Virus record (IMG/VR): IMGVR_UViG_2786546122_000004
Coordinates: 3,022-67,021 of that record
DNA: 64,000 nucleotides
Direction: 5' to 3' (one strand)
Source of the DNA: a virus
The position numbers and the translations under genes were made by a program. Shown in pieces: positions 28,769 through 38,865 of this stretch (position 1 is its first letter; every line of letters begins with the position of its first letter). Below the pieces are notes generated by a model. It had not been told where the DNA came from, made no database searches, and worked only from the letters and a program-made list of their open reading frames with translations.

Positions 28769-29904
28769 TAAATTCCCCCTTCATCTGTGCCAATCTCAAT
28801 TTTCCTTCTCATTAGCTCCTCTAGAGTTTCCTTTCCCTTGTCAGCTGGGCTGTCCTTATAATCCAGTAAGCCTTCATAATCCCACAAAACATACACACGA
28901 ACATAAGGAGTAAATTTTGCTGCGAGCTTTAGAATTTTCTTCTGATATTCAACCAATTTTTCTTGATATTTCTCCTCTGTTTCATGTTCTTTTGGTGGTC
29001 GGTATTTATCAAGAGCGATAAAAACTTCTTCAACACCAAGAGACAATAAAATGTCCCGGTGAAAATTAGATATATTACTTGAACAAACAGCACAGGTAAA
29101 GTTTGATTCACCGTAAAAGTCTTGGCATTTTAATACTGATTTTTCTGATTCGAAAATCAAAACTTTCTTGAACCTTTCTATCGAATTTTTTGTTTTATGT
29201 AATCCATATAGATTCATCATTGTTTGATGGTTATATAAGATATTGCCAACTTTTAAAGGCATATATTTATAGCCTGCATCAACTTCTTCTTTAATCATTG
29301 AGCGCCTACGTATACCAATCAACCTATTATTTAAATCTCGATGAGGAATGGTAATCCCTTCTGTATGAGGTCTAAAATAATACCCAATCTCAAACTCTTT
29401 TAATGTCTTGTGACTTATTCCCTCACCTAGCCACAATTGGTGAGGATAAGGCACAAATACATCTAGAACCGTTTCATTAAAGCTGGGGAGCTCAATATGT
29501 ATTTTTTTCTTCTTTTTGAACTTCCCCATCCATTCCCAGTCATCAATCAAATCATTGTTTATGTATGTCTCTCTATTCCCAAATCCAAATGTTCTTCCTG
29601 CTATTTTGGCAACATATTCGATAGCCTGATTAAAAGAGATATTAATTCCTTTTTGGCTTTTTGCTCTTATAACAAGTTCGAATACATCAAAATTATCCCC
29701 ACACTCTGTATAACAGTGAAACTGTTTTGCTTCATGATAGTAATACAGCTTATAGCTCCCACCAGAAGCATTGTGACAAACGGTTCTGTAAATTGGATTT
29801 CCTTGTTGATCCCACAGATTGTTCTCACTACCTAAATCTTTTAAAATCTTATGTATATCCTCAATGGTTAGGCTTTCTTTTACTCTGTCTTTATCATACT
29901 TCAA
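28768..29904 (-). CDS. yorJ: DNA primase
   Basis: Zn finger CH...CYTEC; TOPRIM IFESEKS, ALDK. Confidence 0.85.
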   Translation of the reverse strand: MKYDKDRVKESLTIEDIHKILKDLGSENNLWDQQGNPIYRTVCHNASGGSYKLYYYHEAKQFHCYTECGDNFDVFELVIRAKSQKGINISFNQAIEYVAKIAGRTFGFGNRETYINNDLIDDWEWMGKFKKKKKIHIELPSFNETVLDVFVPYPHQLWLGEGISHKTLKEFEIGYYFRPHTEGITIPHRDLNNRLIGIRRRSMIKEEVDAGYKYMPLKVGNILYNHQTMMNLYGLHKTKNSIERFKKVLIFESEKSVLKCQDFYGESNFTCAVCSSNISNFHRDILLSLGVEEVFIALDKYRPPKEHETEEKYQEKLVEYQKKILKLAAKFTPYVRVYVLWDYEGLLDYKDSPADKGKETLEELMRRKIEIGTDEGGI

Positions 29905-29919
29905 AGGGCGCTACACCCC

Positions 29920-31434
29920 TCATCCTGCTTTTATATTCAATTTCTCAACTGTGATTAGTTCATTGTCAAGATTTGTTGTGAAACAGTCCTTAATCCGCAT
30001 GTTGCCCATATTGATATGGGAAAAGACTTTAACTTTGTCATACTCATTCCCCCTATTTTTAAATACATGTGTAACAAAATTTGGCTCTGGATAAAATCCT
30101 TCTTTTAAGATTGGATCAATTGCATCCTTCTCTTTTTTACTTAAAGGAAGAATTATCATTGCAGCATCTGTTTTATCTGCGATGGCTTTACTTCCTCTCA
30201 AGTAAGAAGCATCTATTACTTGTCCTTTTAACCATGCTTCTTTCCAATCACCATTCAGCTGAGTTGCACTCATCATATAGACATCGTATTTGTTACATAA
30301 GCCTTTTAACTTATCCGACATAAGTAAAAGAATTTGGTCTTCCCTCAAGTTGACACCACTTTTTTTGCTCATCTCTGAAAAAATGGTTACTGATGAGTGA
30401 ATATAATCGAAATAAACGTACTCTACATTGTTTTTAATGACGTTCTTTTCAATTGTTCTTTCAATCTCCTGAATATTAAAATCAGGCAGATGTTCGAACC
30501 ATATGTTAGACTCTTGAAGAACCTTAGCAGCCTTACGCACAAGTTGTTTTTCTTGTTCATTGATTGTGTTTCTAAGGATTTTTTTCTCTTCTACACCACT
30601 AATGTAGGCAAGTGCTAAGCTTTGCAATTCTTCGGCCATCATTTCTGTTGAAATAACCGTAGAACTTTCACTCCATGGGTTTGATACCCATTCCTTCTTT
30701 TTAGGATCATAAAGTTCGGTTGCACTTAAGCGACAAGCGTCAGCGACCATGTTTCTTGTTTTACCGCCACCTGTAATACTTGAGCGCAGATAGAACTTTT
30801 TCTTCCGTGATCCACGAAAAATTGAGGTGAGCATTTCGCTATTTAATGGAACTCCAATATCCGGCGACTCTTCGAATGAATCCAATAATTCATTAATACC
30901 TTCTCCGCCCTGGATTCCTACACTTTCAGATGAAGTTCTGAATTTTTCTTTTATGTCTACAATCTTCATTTCATAAGCTGTCAAAATTTCATCAATCGAC
31001 TTCTTATCAAACTGTTCTTGCATCTTTTCTTGTTCTTTTGGGTCAATCAGAGATTCATCATATATTTCCTTAATATCGAATCCCAAGCCATCCATTTCTC
31101 TAAGTAGACTAAACTTTTTTAATCTTTTATAGTGGTAATCAAAATTTTCGACAACTGCCAACTCTTGTATTTTTTCTATATAATCAAGACCCTTATTATC
31201 ATGGAAAATTTTATATTGAATATCGTAATCCTTTAGATATCCATCTATTTCAACGTCATTCAATACTTCAGTTCCTTGATGAAATAGGTTGCTCATGGCA
31301 AAAAATAATATTGAATGAAACCTTGAAGGAAAATCATCCGAAGTTATCTTATATTTATTGCTCTCTGACAAGATTGTGGGATCTTTTAAAATGCTCCCTA
31401 AAACTTGAATTATTGCCTGTTTGTCTTGTAGCAA
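29920..31434 (-). CDS. yorI: DnaB-like replicative helicase
   Basis: SITGGGKT, ISTEM, YFDYIH, ATQLN. Confidence 0.9.
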   Translation of the reverse strand: MLQDKQAIIQVLGSILKDPTILSESNKYKITSDDFPSRFHSILFFAMSNLFHQGTEVLNDVEIDGYLKDYDIQYKIFHDNKGLDYIEKIQELAVVENFDYHYKRLKKFSLLREMDGLGFDIKEIYDESLIDPKEQEKMQEQFDKKSIDEILTAYEMKIVDIKEKFRTSSESVGIQGGEGINELLDSFEESPDIGVPLNSEMLTSIFRGSRKKKFYLRSSITGGGKTRNMVADACRLSATELYDPKKKEWVSNPWSESSTVISTEMMAEELQSLALAYISGVEEKKILRNTINEQEKQLVRKAAKVLQESNIWFEHLPDFNIQEIERTIEKNVIKNNVEYVYFDYIHSSVTIFSEMSKKSGVNLREDQILLLMSDKLKGLCNKYDVYMMSATQLNGDWKEAWLKGQVIDASYLRGSKAIADKTDAAMIILPLSKKEKDAIDPILKEGFYPEPNFVTHVFKNRGNEYDKVKVFSHINMGNMRIKDCFTTNLDNELITVEKLNIKAG

Positions 31435-31448
31435 ATGGACTCTCCTTC

Positions 31449-31919
31449 CTATAGCGTTGAGATATCAACTAGCCCTCTTTTCTTTCTCATTCCTTTTTTT
31501 ATGACTAACGTAATTTCTTCTCTTTTATGATTCTTTGGGTCTTCAGCTGATTTTCGAATGGCTTTTTGTCTAATGTAATGCCGCTTTGCTTCATCATAAA
31601 CAAATGGAACGATTCCAATGCCATCTCCTTCTCTGGGTTGATTATCTAAAGTTTCATAAAAGTATCTAAGCGCTAGCTCAATGCCTTTAAGCTTATACCC
31701 ATATTCCTCTTGATACTCTTTAATTTGTTTCAACATCATGCCAGTTGGAGATGTAAGACCATATAGATTGCATATGTATTGAATTAACTCTTTTCTGTGA
31801 TCTGATTCTTGCTTCCAGGTATTAAAACACTTTTCATGGTAATATCTTTTTTTATAAGGAATTGCTGAGTCTTTGTCTAACTTGGTCTCGCAATAAGGAC
31901 ATTTAACTTGTCTCCCCAA
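31449..31919 (-). CDS. yorH: YorH zinc-finger replication protein (possible helicase loader)
   Basis: CPYC...HEKC; 156 aa. Confidence 0.75.
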   Translation of the reverse strand: MGRQVKCPYCETKLDKDSAIPYKKRYYHEKCFNTWKQESDHRKELIQYICNLYGLTSPTGMMLKQIKEYQEEYGYKLKGIELALRYFYETLDNQPREGDGIGIVPFVYDEAKRHYIRQKAIRKSAEDPKNHKREEITLVIKKGMRKKRGLVDISTL

Positions 31920-31961
31920 ATAATCACTCCTAATAAGGAGGAGAGAATAATCCCTCCTCTT

Positions 31962-32933
31962 TTATTCTGCTAGAAGGTCTTTTAGATCATCTAGAATTAC
32001 AGACATGACACCTACTTGCTTACGGCTGCACTCAGTAACTTTTACACCCTTACCTAAATGTTTCTCTGTAATCTCATTAACTTCTTCTAAACGGCCTTCT
32101 TCATTAAGCTTCATGCCAATTTCTTTAATTTGATCCATTAATGAGTTGAAATCAAGTTCTTCTGAAGCGTTGTTTTGTTTTTGCTCTTCGTATGTAACAG
32201 CGACAATTCCTTCTGCTTGCTCCTGTCTTTCGACTGCCTCAATAATTGCTTTTTCTAAGTTTTCTGCAGTAAATTCAGGAAGGTATGTGTCAATGTAATC
32301 AAATCGGCTACGAGCAAAATGCTCTTCAGTTTCAGCTAACCAAGCACTTGATTTGATTACTTTTCTATCTTCATCAACACCATTAGAACTTAGATAAAGA
32401 ACAATATCGCTGTTATCAATTACTGGAGCTAAAACTCGTTTATCCCCCTTCGGATATACTTTGCCTTTTTTGTCTTCAGCAGCATGAGCAATAAAGATAA
32501 CCGTAAATCCTACGCCAATTAATTTATTGATTTCTTCCCATACTTCAGTTTCATACTCTTTCCAAAGGCCAAACCCATCATTACCATCTTTAATCCGTTC
32601 TACATCATATTGCTCGCATACATATCTAGTCGCATATTTAGCAAAAGCGTCTACTTCATCAACAATGATTGTCTGATACATTTCTTTGGCTTTTTCAGCA
32701 TTTTTAGTTAACTGTTTGTTTACCTTTTTAAAATCAGCCCAACTATTGATAGGCATGAATTGGACACCGGCAATGGCATTTAATCCTTTTTCGAATGGCA
32801 GATATAACGGTTTCTTCATCCGAGTGCTTTGCTTAGTTTTACCTAAGTTGTTAGAACCGTAGATTGTGATAACTTTTCCTTCTAATCCTTTTGCTACTAC
32901 AGAAACTTGTGGGTTGAAAATATCGATTGCCAT
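31962..32933 (-). CDS. yorG: AAA ATPase, Sak4-like recombinase/annealase
   Basis: Walker A GSNNLGKT, Walker B IIVDEVD; 323 aa. Confidence 0.8.
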   Translation of the reverse strand: MAIDIFNPQVSVVAKGLEGKVITIYGSNNLGKTKQSTRMKKPLYLPFEKGLNAIAGVQFMPINSWADFKKVNKQLTKNAEKAKEMYQTIIVDEVDAFAKYATRYVCEQYDVERIKDGNDGFGLWKEYETEVWEEINKLIGVGFTVIFIAHAAEDKKGKVYPKGDKRVLAPVIDNSDIVLYLSSNGVDEDRKVIKSSAWLAETEEHFARSRFDYIDTYLPEFTAENLEKAIIEAVERQEQAEGIVAVTYEEQKQNNASEELDFNSLMDQIKEIGMKLNEEGRLEEVNEITEKHLGKGVKVTECSRKQVGVMSVILDDLKDLLAE

Positions 32934-33015
32934 TATAGTTCTCCTTTTATTTTGAATTTGTTGGGTGAGTCGGAGCTCACCCCAGTTATGTATTAGATTA
33001 ATGATCTATTTTATT

Positions 33016-33930
33016 TTAGAAAGGGAGATCATCATCTGAAATTTCAACCGGCTTTGAAGGCTTGTTATTAGGAGCACTTCCACCAAAGCCAGACTTTTTA
33101 TTGTTTTCATTGCTGCTTTCGTTCTTAAGTCCTTCTAGATAAGTCTCTCTTTCAGTCAATGCTTTTTTAATTACTTCTGGATTAAAAGCATTTTTACTAT
33201 CTTCATCATAAGGATCGTTCCCACCTGTAACTAGATACTCTCTTTTTGTAATGGAGGTGATTTCTTTTTTGTCTTCTCCAAATGCAGCAGTTTTGGTTGT
33301 TACTTTTTGTTCTTTATAATTAATAATCTTTCCGAAGACATTAACCGTAGATCCTTTTTCATAATTGTTTTCAACATATTGAGAACCTTCCTTAGTCACT
33401 ACAAATGTAAAAGGAATGACTTTCCCGCCATACAAAGGGATATAACCATTTAAATTAACTCTTCCTGTTTCTTCTCCTTTTACTTTTTCTTCAGTTACAT
33501 TTTTAACAAACAGTTCAACATCAAATTCAGCTTTAGGATTAAATTCTTCATTAGCATCCAGTCTGTTTACAAAGTTAGTGCTTAGCTGTGGGTATGCCTT
33601 TAATACTCCTTGAGAGTAATATTCATTTAATCCAATCTTACCTTGGGTGATTCTCACTTTATCAGCTTGATCTCTTCCATGTTCTGCGATGGACTTATAA
33701 TCACTTATGATAGTTTGATACCCTTTGGCAATAGCATTATCTGTACCATCAGCTTTCTTATATTTTGAAAAGCCTTTAACTGTATGCACTTCGTTAGGTG
33801 CAACCTCAATATCTAATTCAATATTTAGTCCATTTCCATTTTTCCACTCAGTGTGTCTTACTTCTGCCAGAGTTCCTTCAAGTGTTACAACGTTTGATGC
33901 TTCACGTAATACCGTTTTGTTTTCTGTCAT
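33016..33930 (-). CDS. yorF: YorF, putative ssDNA-binding protein
   Basis: 304 aa; acidic DDDLPF C-terminus. Confidence 0.75.
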   Translation of the reverse strand: MTENKTVLREASNVVTLEGTLAEVRHTEWKNGNGLNIELDIEVAPNEVHTVKGFSKYKKADGTDNAIAKGYQTIISDYKSIAEHGRDQADKVRITQGKIGLNEYYSQGVLKAYPQLSTNFVNRLDANEEFNPKAEFDVELFVKNVTEEKVKGEETGRVNLNGYIPLYGGKVIPFTFVVTKEGSQYVENNYEKGSTVNVFGKIINYKEQKVTTKTAAFGEDKKEITSITKREYLVTGGNDPYDEDSKNAFNPEVIKKALTERETYLEGLKNESSNENNKKSGFGGSAPNNKPSKPVEISDDDLPF

Positions 33931-33951
33931 ATTTTTAATCATCCTCTATTT

Positions 33952-34323
33952 TTATTTTTGTCTATTGTGATTTTTCTTTGAATATGTAATTTTGCTAAAC
34001 TTGCAGTCTTTGATTCCAAGTTCTTTACTAAGTTCTATGTTCCTTCTTTTTGGGAACTTCCAATCATTTTGATCAGAAAAGCATCCTGATTTATTTACAA
34101 TTTCAAATACCTGCTTTTTTCTGTTAACTTTGATTATCATATTTCCATAAGCGTACTCTGTGCAAAATAAACGTTTTTTAACTCGCTCAGGATGAGTTTC
34201 TTTGACAAGTGAGACATTCCTTATCATCTTTAACAGTGCCTGATCAGGAGTAATTGACTTGTTGCCTTTAACGTTTTCTCTGTAATAGCTTAATGCCTTC
34301 TCTGTTATCCCCAGTACCTCCAA
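33952..34323 (-). CDS. yorE: YorE hypothetical protein
   Basis: 123 aa; synteny. Confidence 0.7.
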   Translation of the reverse strand: MEVLGITEKALSYYRENVKGNKSITPDQALLKMIRNVSLVKETHPERVKKRLFCTEYAYGNMIIKVNRKKQVFEIVNKSGCFSDQNDWKFPKRRNIELSKELGIKDCKFSKITYSKKNHNRQK

Positions 34324-34355
34324 GTAGTTCGCCTCCTTCCCTTTAACTTGATTTT

Positions 34356-34384
34356 ATTATATACATATTTTTTATCTTTGTCTA
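34356..34384 (-). promoter_or_regulatory. SPBRE-type SigA promoter of replication operon
   Basis: TAGACA-AAGATAAAAAATATGTA-TATAAT. Confidence 0.8.
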
Positions 34385-34496
34385 TATGTTTTATAAACTT
34401 TTATATTTTTTATTTTTGTGTTTCATTCGCAATCTTTCTAATTCGAATAAAATTATCATTTTATTTAAATTTAAAAGCCCCAATAAGGGACTCTTG

Positions 34497-34811
34497 TTAG
34501 TTTGTTCCTTCAACCTTACTCGTTAAGTAAGCTACTTGTTTTTCTAAATCAGCAACTCTTTCTTCGAGAGTTTTTGGCTTAGGTGCATTTTTCTTCTCTT
34601 CAAGCTCAATTGCTGCTTTTTCAATTTCCTCTAATGTAGGAATAGGTTCACTTTTTCTCCAGGCAGTAAAGATATGTCTTCCGTTGTCATTTACAAATTC
34701 CCAATCATAAGATTCGTCTGAACGAGGGAACATATACATTAAAACTTCCGGAAGAATCGATCCATGAATATTCCAAATTTCTGATACGTCTTGTCCAACT
34801 TTAAATTCCAC
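34497..34811 (-). CDS. yorD: YorD (XkdW-like) protein
   Basis: 104 aa; IWNIHGSILPE...TLEERVADLEKQ. Confidence 0.7.
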   Translation of the reverse strand: MEFKVGQDVSEIWNIHGSILPEVLMYMFPRSDESYDWEFVNDNGRHIFTAWRKSEPIPTLEEIEKAAIELEEKKNAPKPKTLEERVADLEKQVAYLTSKVEGTN

Positions 34812-34886
34812 AAAAACATCTCCTCAATTATCAAATTCTTCTATATTCTATCATATTTTCATTATATAGGTAAAGAGTTTACTATT

Positions 34887-35267
34887 TTAAACAATCTCAC
34901 TCCACAACCACATATCCATAGTTTGCAATGTAAACCCGTCAGGTAGCTTCTTCATTTTCACATTAACATTGAACCTCTTGCCGGTTGTTTTATGTACAAT
35001 AGCCAACTCTTCTCCATTAAAGAAACGTACAATGGCCTCATCAAATGCAATTGGCTGATTAACCACATAACCTTCCTTTAAAGCTCTAATAAACAAATAG
35101 GGATCATTTTTATACAGCTCATAAAGAATGTTCGCATATTGTTCGTTCTTGTCTCTAAGTAGTTCAAAATTAATCAACGGTATGTATAAGTCTTTGTCTG
35201 ATAAATTTAATTTGTTTCTAAAGTATTTAATTGCTTCATCTTGCTCTTTAGAAATGATGTTTGACAT
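34887..35267 (-). CDS. yorC: YorC hypothetical protein
   Basis: 126 aa; synteny. Confidence 0.7.
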   Translation of the reverse strand: MSNIISKEQDEAIKYFRNKLNLSDKDLYIPLINFELLRDKNEQYANILYELYKNDPYLFIRALKEGYVVNQPIAFDEAIVRFFNGEELAIVHKTTGKRFNVNVKMKKLPDGFTLQTMDMWLWSEIV

Positions 35268-35328
35268 TCAGTTAACCCCTTTTTGTTTTGATAACTGGGC
35301 TAATCTTAGATTAACCCAGCTTGACTCT

Positions 35329-35495
35329 GATTAAAACTTTACAAGTCTATCATCTTTAGCCCCTTCTGCTATTAAACTATATGCAGCCAGAAGATGCTCT
35401 TTGATTTTCTCCGAAATCATCAAAACCAACTTTCACACCACTTGAAGTCATTACTTTTTTAACCTAATCTATTACCTCTTCTCTCTTGTTGATTC
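35329..35495 (-). pseudogene. degraded small-ORF remnant at the yorB position
   Basis: REEVID*VKKVMTSSGVKVGFDDFGE then frame change to IKEHLLAAYSLIAEGAKDDRLVKF*; no start codon. Confidence 0.3.
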
Positions 35496-35506
35496 ACAAG
35501 CAGCAT

Positions 35507-36565
35507 TTAATCCAATAAAGAAAAGTCAGGCTTCAAAATCAAATCCATTATTGGTATTTTCCTCTCTTCACAAAACGAATTAATATAAGTGAATAATTCA
35601 GGAAGACGTAATTGTTCATATTCTGTCATATCATCTTCATCTAAAATTTTGTAATTGGTAAGCAACCTCCATTCTTTTATAAAGTTTTCATCTAAACCCT
35701 TCATATTCAGACGGTCTGCAACCGCATAAGGATCAGACACTATGTTACTTCCAGACCCATATCTATATGGATTTTTTTTATAGACTTCAATAATTATATA
35801 TATGAATCTACGTGTATTTTCCTGTAGGTAATTTAAAATTTCATAAAGACCTTTAAGTTCATTGTACATTTCTGTCTTTTCAACTTTATCTGTAAACTCA
35901 AACGTTAATAAAAACGTCTCCGCCGTAAAAGGTATCAGATTTTTAGTTTCGATTGGATATAAATCTTGTTTGAATGTTTTAATCTGTTCATTTATATTAT
36001 TAGTTATATATTCCCTTACATTAGAAACCGTTGAACTATCAGTGTCGGATGAGTCAATCAAACATAACAGATCCATAAGATCCCAAATTTGTATTTGATA
36101 TTGATTCCCATCCTCTAACACTCGGTCACATTTGTAAACATTAAACTGACTTTTTACGAATTGACAACGGTCTTTTTCATGCGGTTTGAAATGCTTTTCT
36201 CCTACTACGAAATGAATTAAATTGTTATGTTTTTTATATTGTTCGTTTTTTTCAAATTTATCTAATGTTTTCCACAATTTATCTTTTGAACCATCAACAG
36301 TTATCTGGATTGAAGATTGATCTTCTTCATCTGCCAAATCAATTCCAGGATAGTTTTTTTCGATATGTTCTAACCTTTTATATTCTTTATCCCATAGAAC
36401 ATTAAATAAACCAGCAAAAAATTGCTCACAAGCTTTGTTAATATTGTACAATCCAAGTTTGGCAGAACTAAACCTTATATAATATTGCAACAAAGATAAA
36501 CCTTTCATAATATCTTCAATTTCTTCTAGTCTTCTTATCATTTCAATTTCTCCCGTCTTATCCAA
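35507..36565 (-). CDS. SMEK-domain protein, candidate anti-phage effector
   Basis: N-terminal GLYNINKACEQFFAGLFN...NYPGIDLAD...SIQIT..K..KTLDKF; ATG 36541 is an alternative start. Confidence 0.75.
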   Translation of the reverse strand: MDKTGEIEMIRRLEEIEDIMKGLSLLQYYIRFSSAKLGLYNINKACEQFFAGLFNVLWDKEYKRLEHIEKNYPGIDLADEEDQSSIQITVDGSKDKLWKTLDKFEKNEQYKKHNNLIHFVVGEKHFKPHEKDRCQFVKSQFNVYKCDRVLEDGNQYQIQIWDLMDLLCLIDSSDTDSSTVSNVREYITNNINEQIKTFKQDLYPIETKNLIPFTAETFLLTFEFTDKVEKTEMYNELKGLYEILNYLQENTRRFIYIIIEVYKKNPYRYGSGSNIVSDPYAVADRLNMKGLDENFIKEWRLLTNYKILDEDDMTEYEQLRLPELFTYINSFCEERKIPIMDLILKPDFSLLD

Positions 36566-36730
36566 GATACTTTAACATTCCTTTCATACGATTTAATGCC
36601 CCATAAGTTTCGTTAAACTAAAGGAAATAAATTATGTTGATGGCTTTGCGTCTCATCTAATAAATATTCAAAATCGTTTTAAACAGCTGTATTTCTTGCT
36701 TCTTCTGAGGTCATTTAAACACTCTCCCTA

Positions 36731-36758
36731 TCTGGTTAAAATATCGTTTTTAACCAGA
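36731..36758. repeat. 28-bp gene-junction palindrome (perfect copy)
   Basis: TCTGGTTAAAA-TATCGT-TTTTAACCAGA. Confidence 0.8.
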
Positions 36759-36762
36759 TTAT

Positions 36763-37800
36763 TTAAAATATGTACTCGCCCATTTCTTCAAGCAATGTAT
36801 TTTTATCATTGATTTTATTTATATTTAACATTAATTTCATATGTTCTTTATTATCGATTTCCCATCCTCTTTTAACAAATCGTAATAACCGCTTTGCAGA
36901 GCCAATTGGATTTGTTCCTTGTAGATTGTATATTAATTTATTTTGCTTAATTGCCTTTAGAGATTCTTCCTTAATAAAGAATTTATCTTCACTTGGATTG
37001 TAGAATGACATCGTATGAATAAAGTCAAACTTATTTATCGTTTCAAGTGGTGATTCTCCATTATTAATTATCAATTGAATCTGAGAAGGGAAAGTGATCG
37101 CTCTTTGACTGAATACAATTGGCAGCATTTCATCATTGTCTTCAAAGCTTTTCACAAATTCTCTAGTCAGCCCAAGCCTTAGCTTTCCATCGTTTTCACT
37201 TTCCAAAAGGCATAATTTATCATTTTTGTTGCTGACATGACTATTATGTAAACTGCTATAGTAATCTATTATTTCTTTTAGAGCTTCTTTGGAATCAATA
37301 AAAATATCGTAGTCTTTGGGACATTCTCCTTTAATCAAAGAAGCAATGCTTCCTCCTGAAATATACCCGTGTTTCTTTAATAATTCTTTAATACGGTTTT
37401 CTTTAATGCTCGAAGTAAAGGATTCAAGTTTAGCTTTCAGTTTAGTCTTAATCTTATTCAATTCTTCAATACTTTCATTTATATCCTTAGGCTCTGTTTC
37501 CTCAAGTGAATATCCGTAATCAGGATGCACCCAAGCTATAAAATATATATTATTATCTGATTCAAAGCTGGTCGATTTCATAAATAGATAATTAAAATAC
37601 TCATATGCAGTGTTACATTCAAACGGGAAGTTTCCAATATATTTTGTTTTCAATTCACGTTTAAAACAATTGAGATTCACTCTTCTTGAAGTATCGTAAA
37701 GCTCTACAGATTGATCGTAAGGATCATAAACAATTGTGTAATTCTCTCTTCGATTAATATCCTCAACTTCAAATGCTTGCCTAGTGTACTTGTCTTTCAA
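36763..37800 (-). CDS. phage nucleotidyltransferase (Pol-beta fold, YoqZ-like position) with N-terminal extension
   Basis: ISGGSIASL...KDYDIF, KFDF, RLLRFVKRGW. Confidence 0.7.
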   Translation of the reverse strand: MKDKYTRQAFEVEDINRRENYTIVYDPYDQSVELYDTSRRVNLNCFKRELKTKYIGNFPFECNTAYEYFNYLFMKSTSFESDNNIYFIAWVHPDYGYSLEETEPKDINESIEELNKIKTKLKAKLESFTSSIKENRIKELLKKHGYISGGSIASLIKGECPKDYDIFIDSKEALKEIIDYYSSLHNSHVSNKNDKLCLLESENDGKLRLGLTREFVKSFEDNDEMLPIVFSQRAITFPSQIQLIINNGESPLETINKFDFIHTMSFYNPSEDKFFIKEESLKAIKQNKLIYNLQGTNPIGSAKRLLRFVKRGWEIDNKEHMKLMLNINKINDKNTLLEEMGEYIF

Positions 37801-37832
37801 TTCAATCCCCCATTTCTAATAAAATCTCTGTT

Positions 37833-38054
37833 TTATCTAGATCTTCTAATTTTATTTTTATCCAACAAATCAATTATGTAAGTCTCATACATGTCATCCC
37901 AATAAGGATTTGTTCTTGCTATGTACTTCTTTACTCTCCCATTCTCCTCAATCTTAAAGGTTTGCCCCTTTTGAATATCAGTGAACTTTTTCTTCCTCCA
38001 GATTCCCCTGATCAACACTTCAACTTCTTTAACCTCTACTGTTTGCTGCATCAC
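37833..38054 (-). CDS. yoqX: YoqX-like protein
   Basis: 73 aa; synteny. Confidence 0.65.
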   Translation of the reverse strand: MMQQTVEVKEVEVLIRGIWRKKKFTDIQKGQTFKIEENGRVKKYIARTNPYWDDMYETYIIDLLDKNKIRRSR

Positions 38055-38065
38055 ATTCCTCCTTT

Positions 38066-38094
38066 TTGATTTTCATGCATCAAGCCTGTACAAT
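38066..38094 (+). promoter_or_regulatory. SigA promoter of yoqW-ligB
   Basis: TTGATT-17bp-TACAAT with TG extension. Confidence 0.6.
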
Positions 38095-38121
38095 ATTCAA
38101 AAACCCTAAAGGATGATGAAC

Positions 38122-38796
38122 ATGTGTGGCAGGTTCACTTTATTTTCTGAGTTTGATGACATCATTGAGCAATTCAACATAGATCAATTCTTGCCTGAAG
38201 ATGAATATCACCCAAGCTATAATGTCGCTCCTTCACAAAACATCCTGACAATCATCAACGACGGATCAAACAACCGGCTGGGTAAACTTAGATGGGGTCT
38301 TATCCCTCCTTGGGCTAAAGACGAAAAGATCGGCTATAAAATGATTAATGCTCGAGCTGAAACATTGGCCGAGAAACCAAGTTTTCGAAAGCCACTCGTC
38401 AGCAAACGTTGTATCATACCCGCTGACAGTTTTTATGAATGGAAGCGTCTTGATCCAAAGACTAAGATTCCTATGCGGATTAAGCTTAAATCATCTAATC
38501 TCTTCGCTTTTGCCGGCTTATATGAAAAGTGGAACACGCCAGAAGGCAATCCGTTGAACACTTGCACAATCATTACAACAAAGCCTAATGAGCTTATGGA
38601 AGACATTCATGATCGGATGCCAGTTATCCTTACTGATGAGAACGAAAAGGAATGGCTAAACCCTAAAAATACTGACCCTGATTATCTACAAAGCTTACTG
38701 CAGCCATACGATCCTAATGGCATGGAAGCATACCAGGTTTCATCCTTAGTGAACTCACCTAAAAACAATTCACCTGAGCTCATTCAATCCCATTAA
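38122..38796 (+). CDS. yoqW: SRAP abasic-site-processing protein
   Basis: MCGRF N-terminus, INARAET, IHDRMP; 224 aa. Confidence 0.93.
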   Translation: MCGRFTLFSEFDDIIEQFNIDQFLPEDEYHPSYNVAPSQNILTIINDGSNNRLGKLRWGLIPPWAKDEKIGYKMINARAETLAEKPSFRKPLVSKRCIIPADSFYEWKRLDPKTKIPMRIKLKSSNLFAFAGLYEKWNTPEGNPLNTCTIITTKPNELMEDIHDRMPVILTDENEKEWLNPKNTDPDYLQSLLQPYDPNGMEAYQVSSLVNSPKNNSPELIQSH

Positions 38797-38865
38797 GTAC
38801 CAGTGTCATATCGCTTTATATATCACCTTCTCTTAGCTAATATGTTCTAAGTAGGAGGTGATATT

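Noticed and set aside
35507-37800. NTase plus SMEK as a CBASS operon
   Set aside because: The NTase resembles the CCA/polyA-like YoqZ-position family rather than a CD-NTase, the genes are 200 bp apart with a junction element between them, and SMEK shows no SAVED or STING sensor domain.
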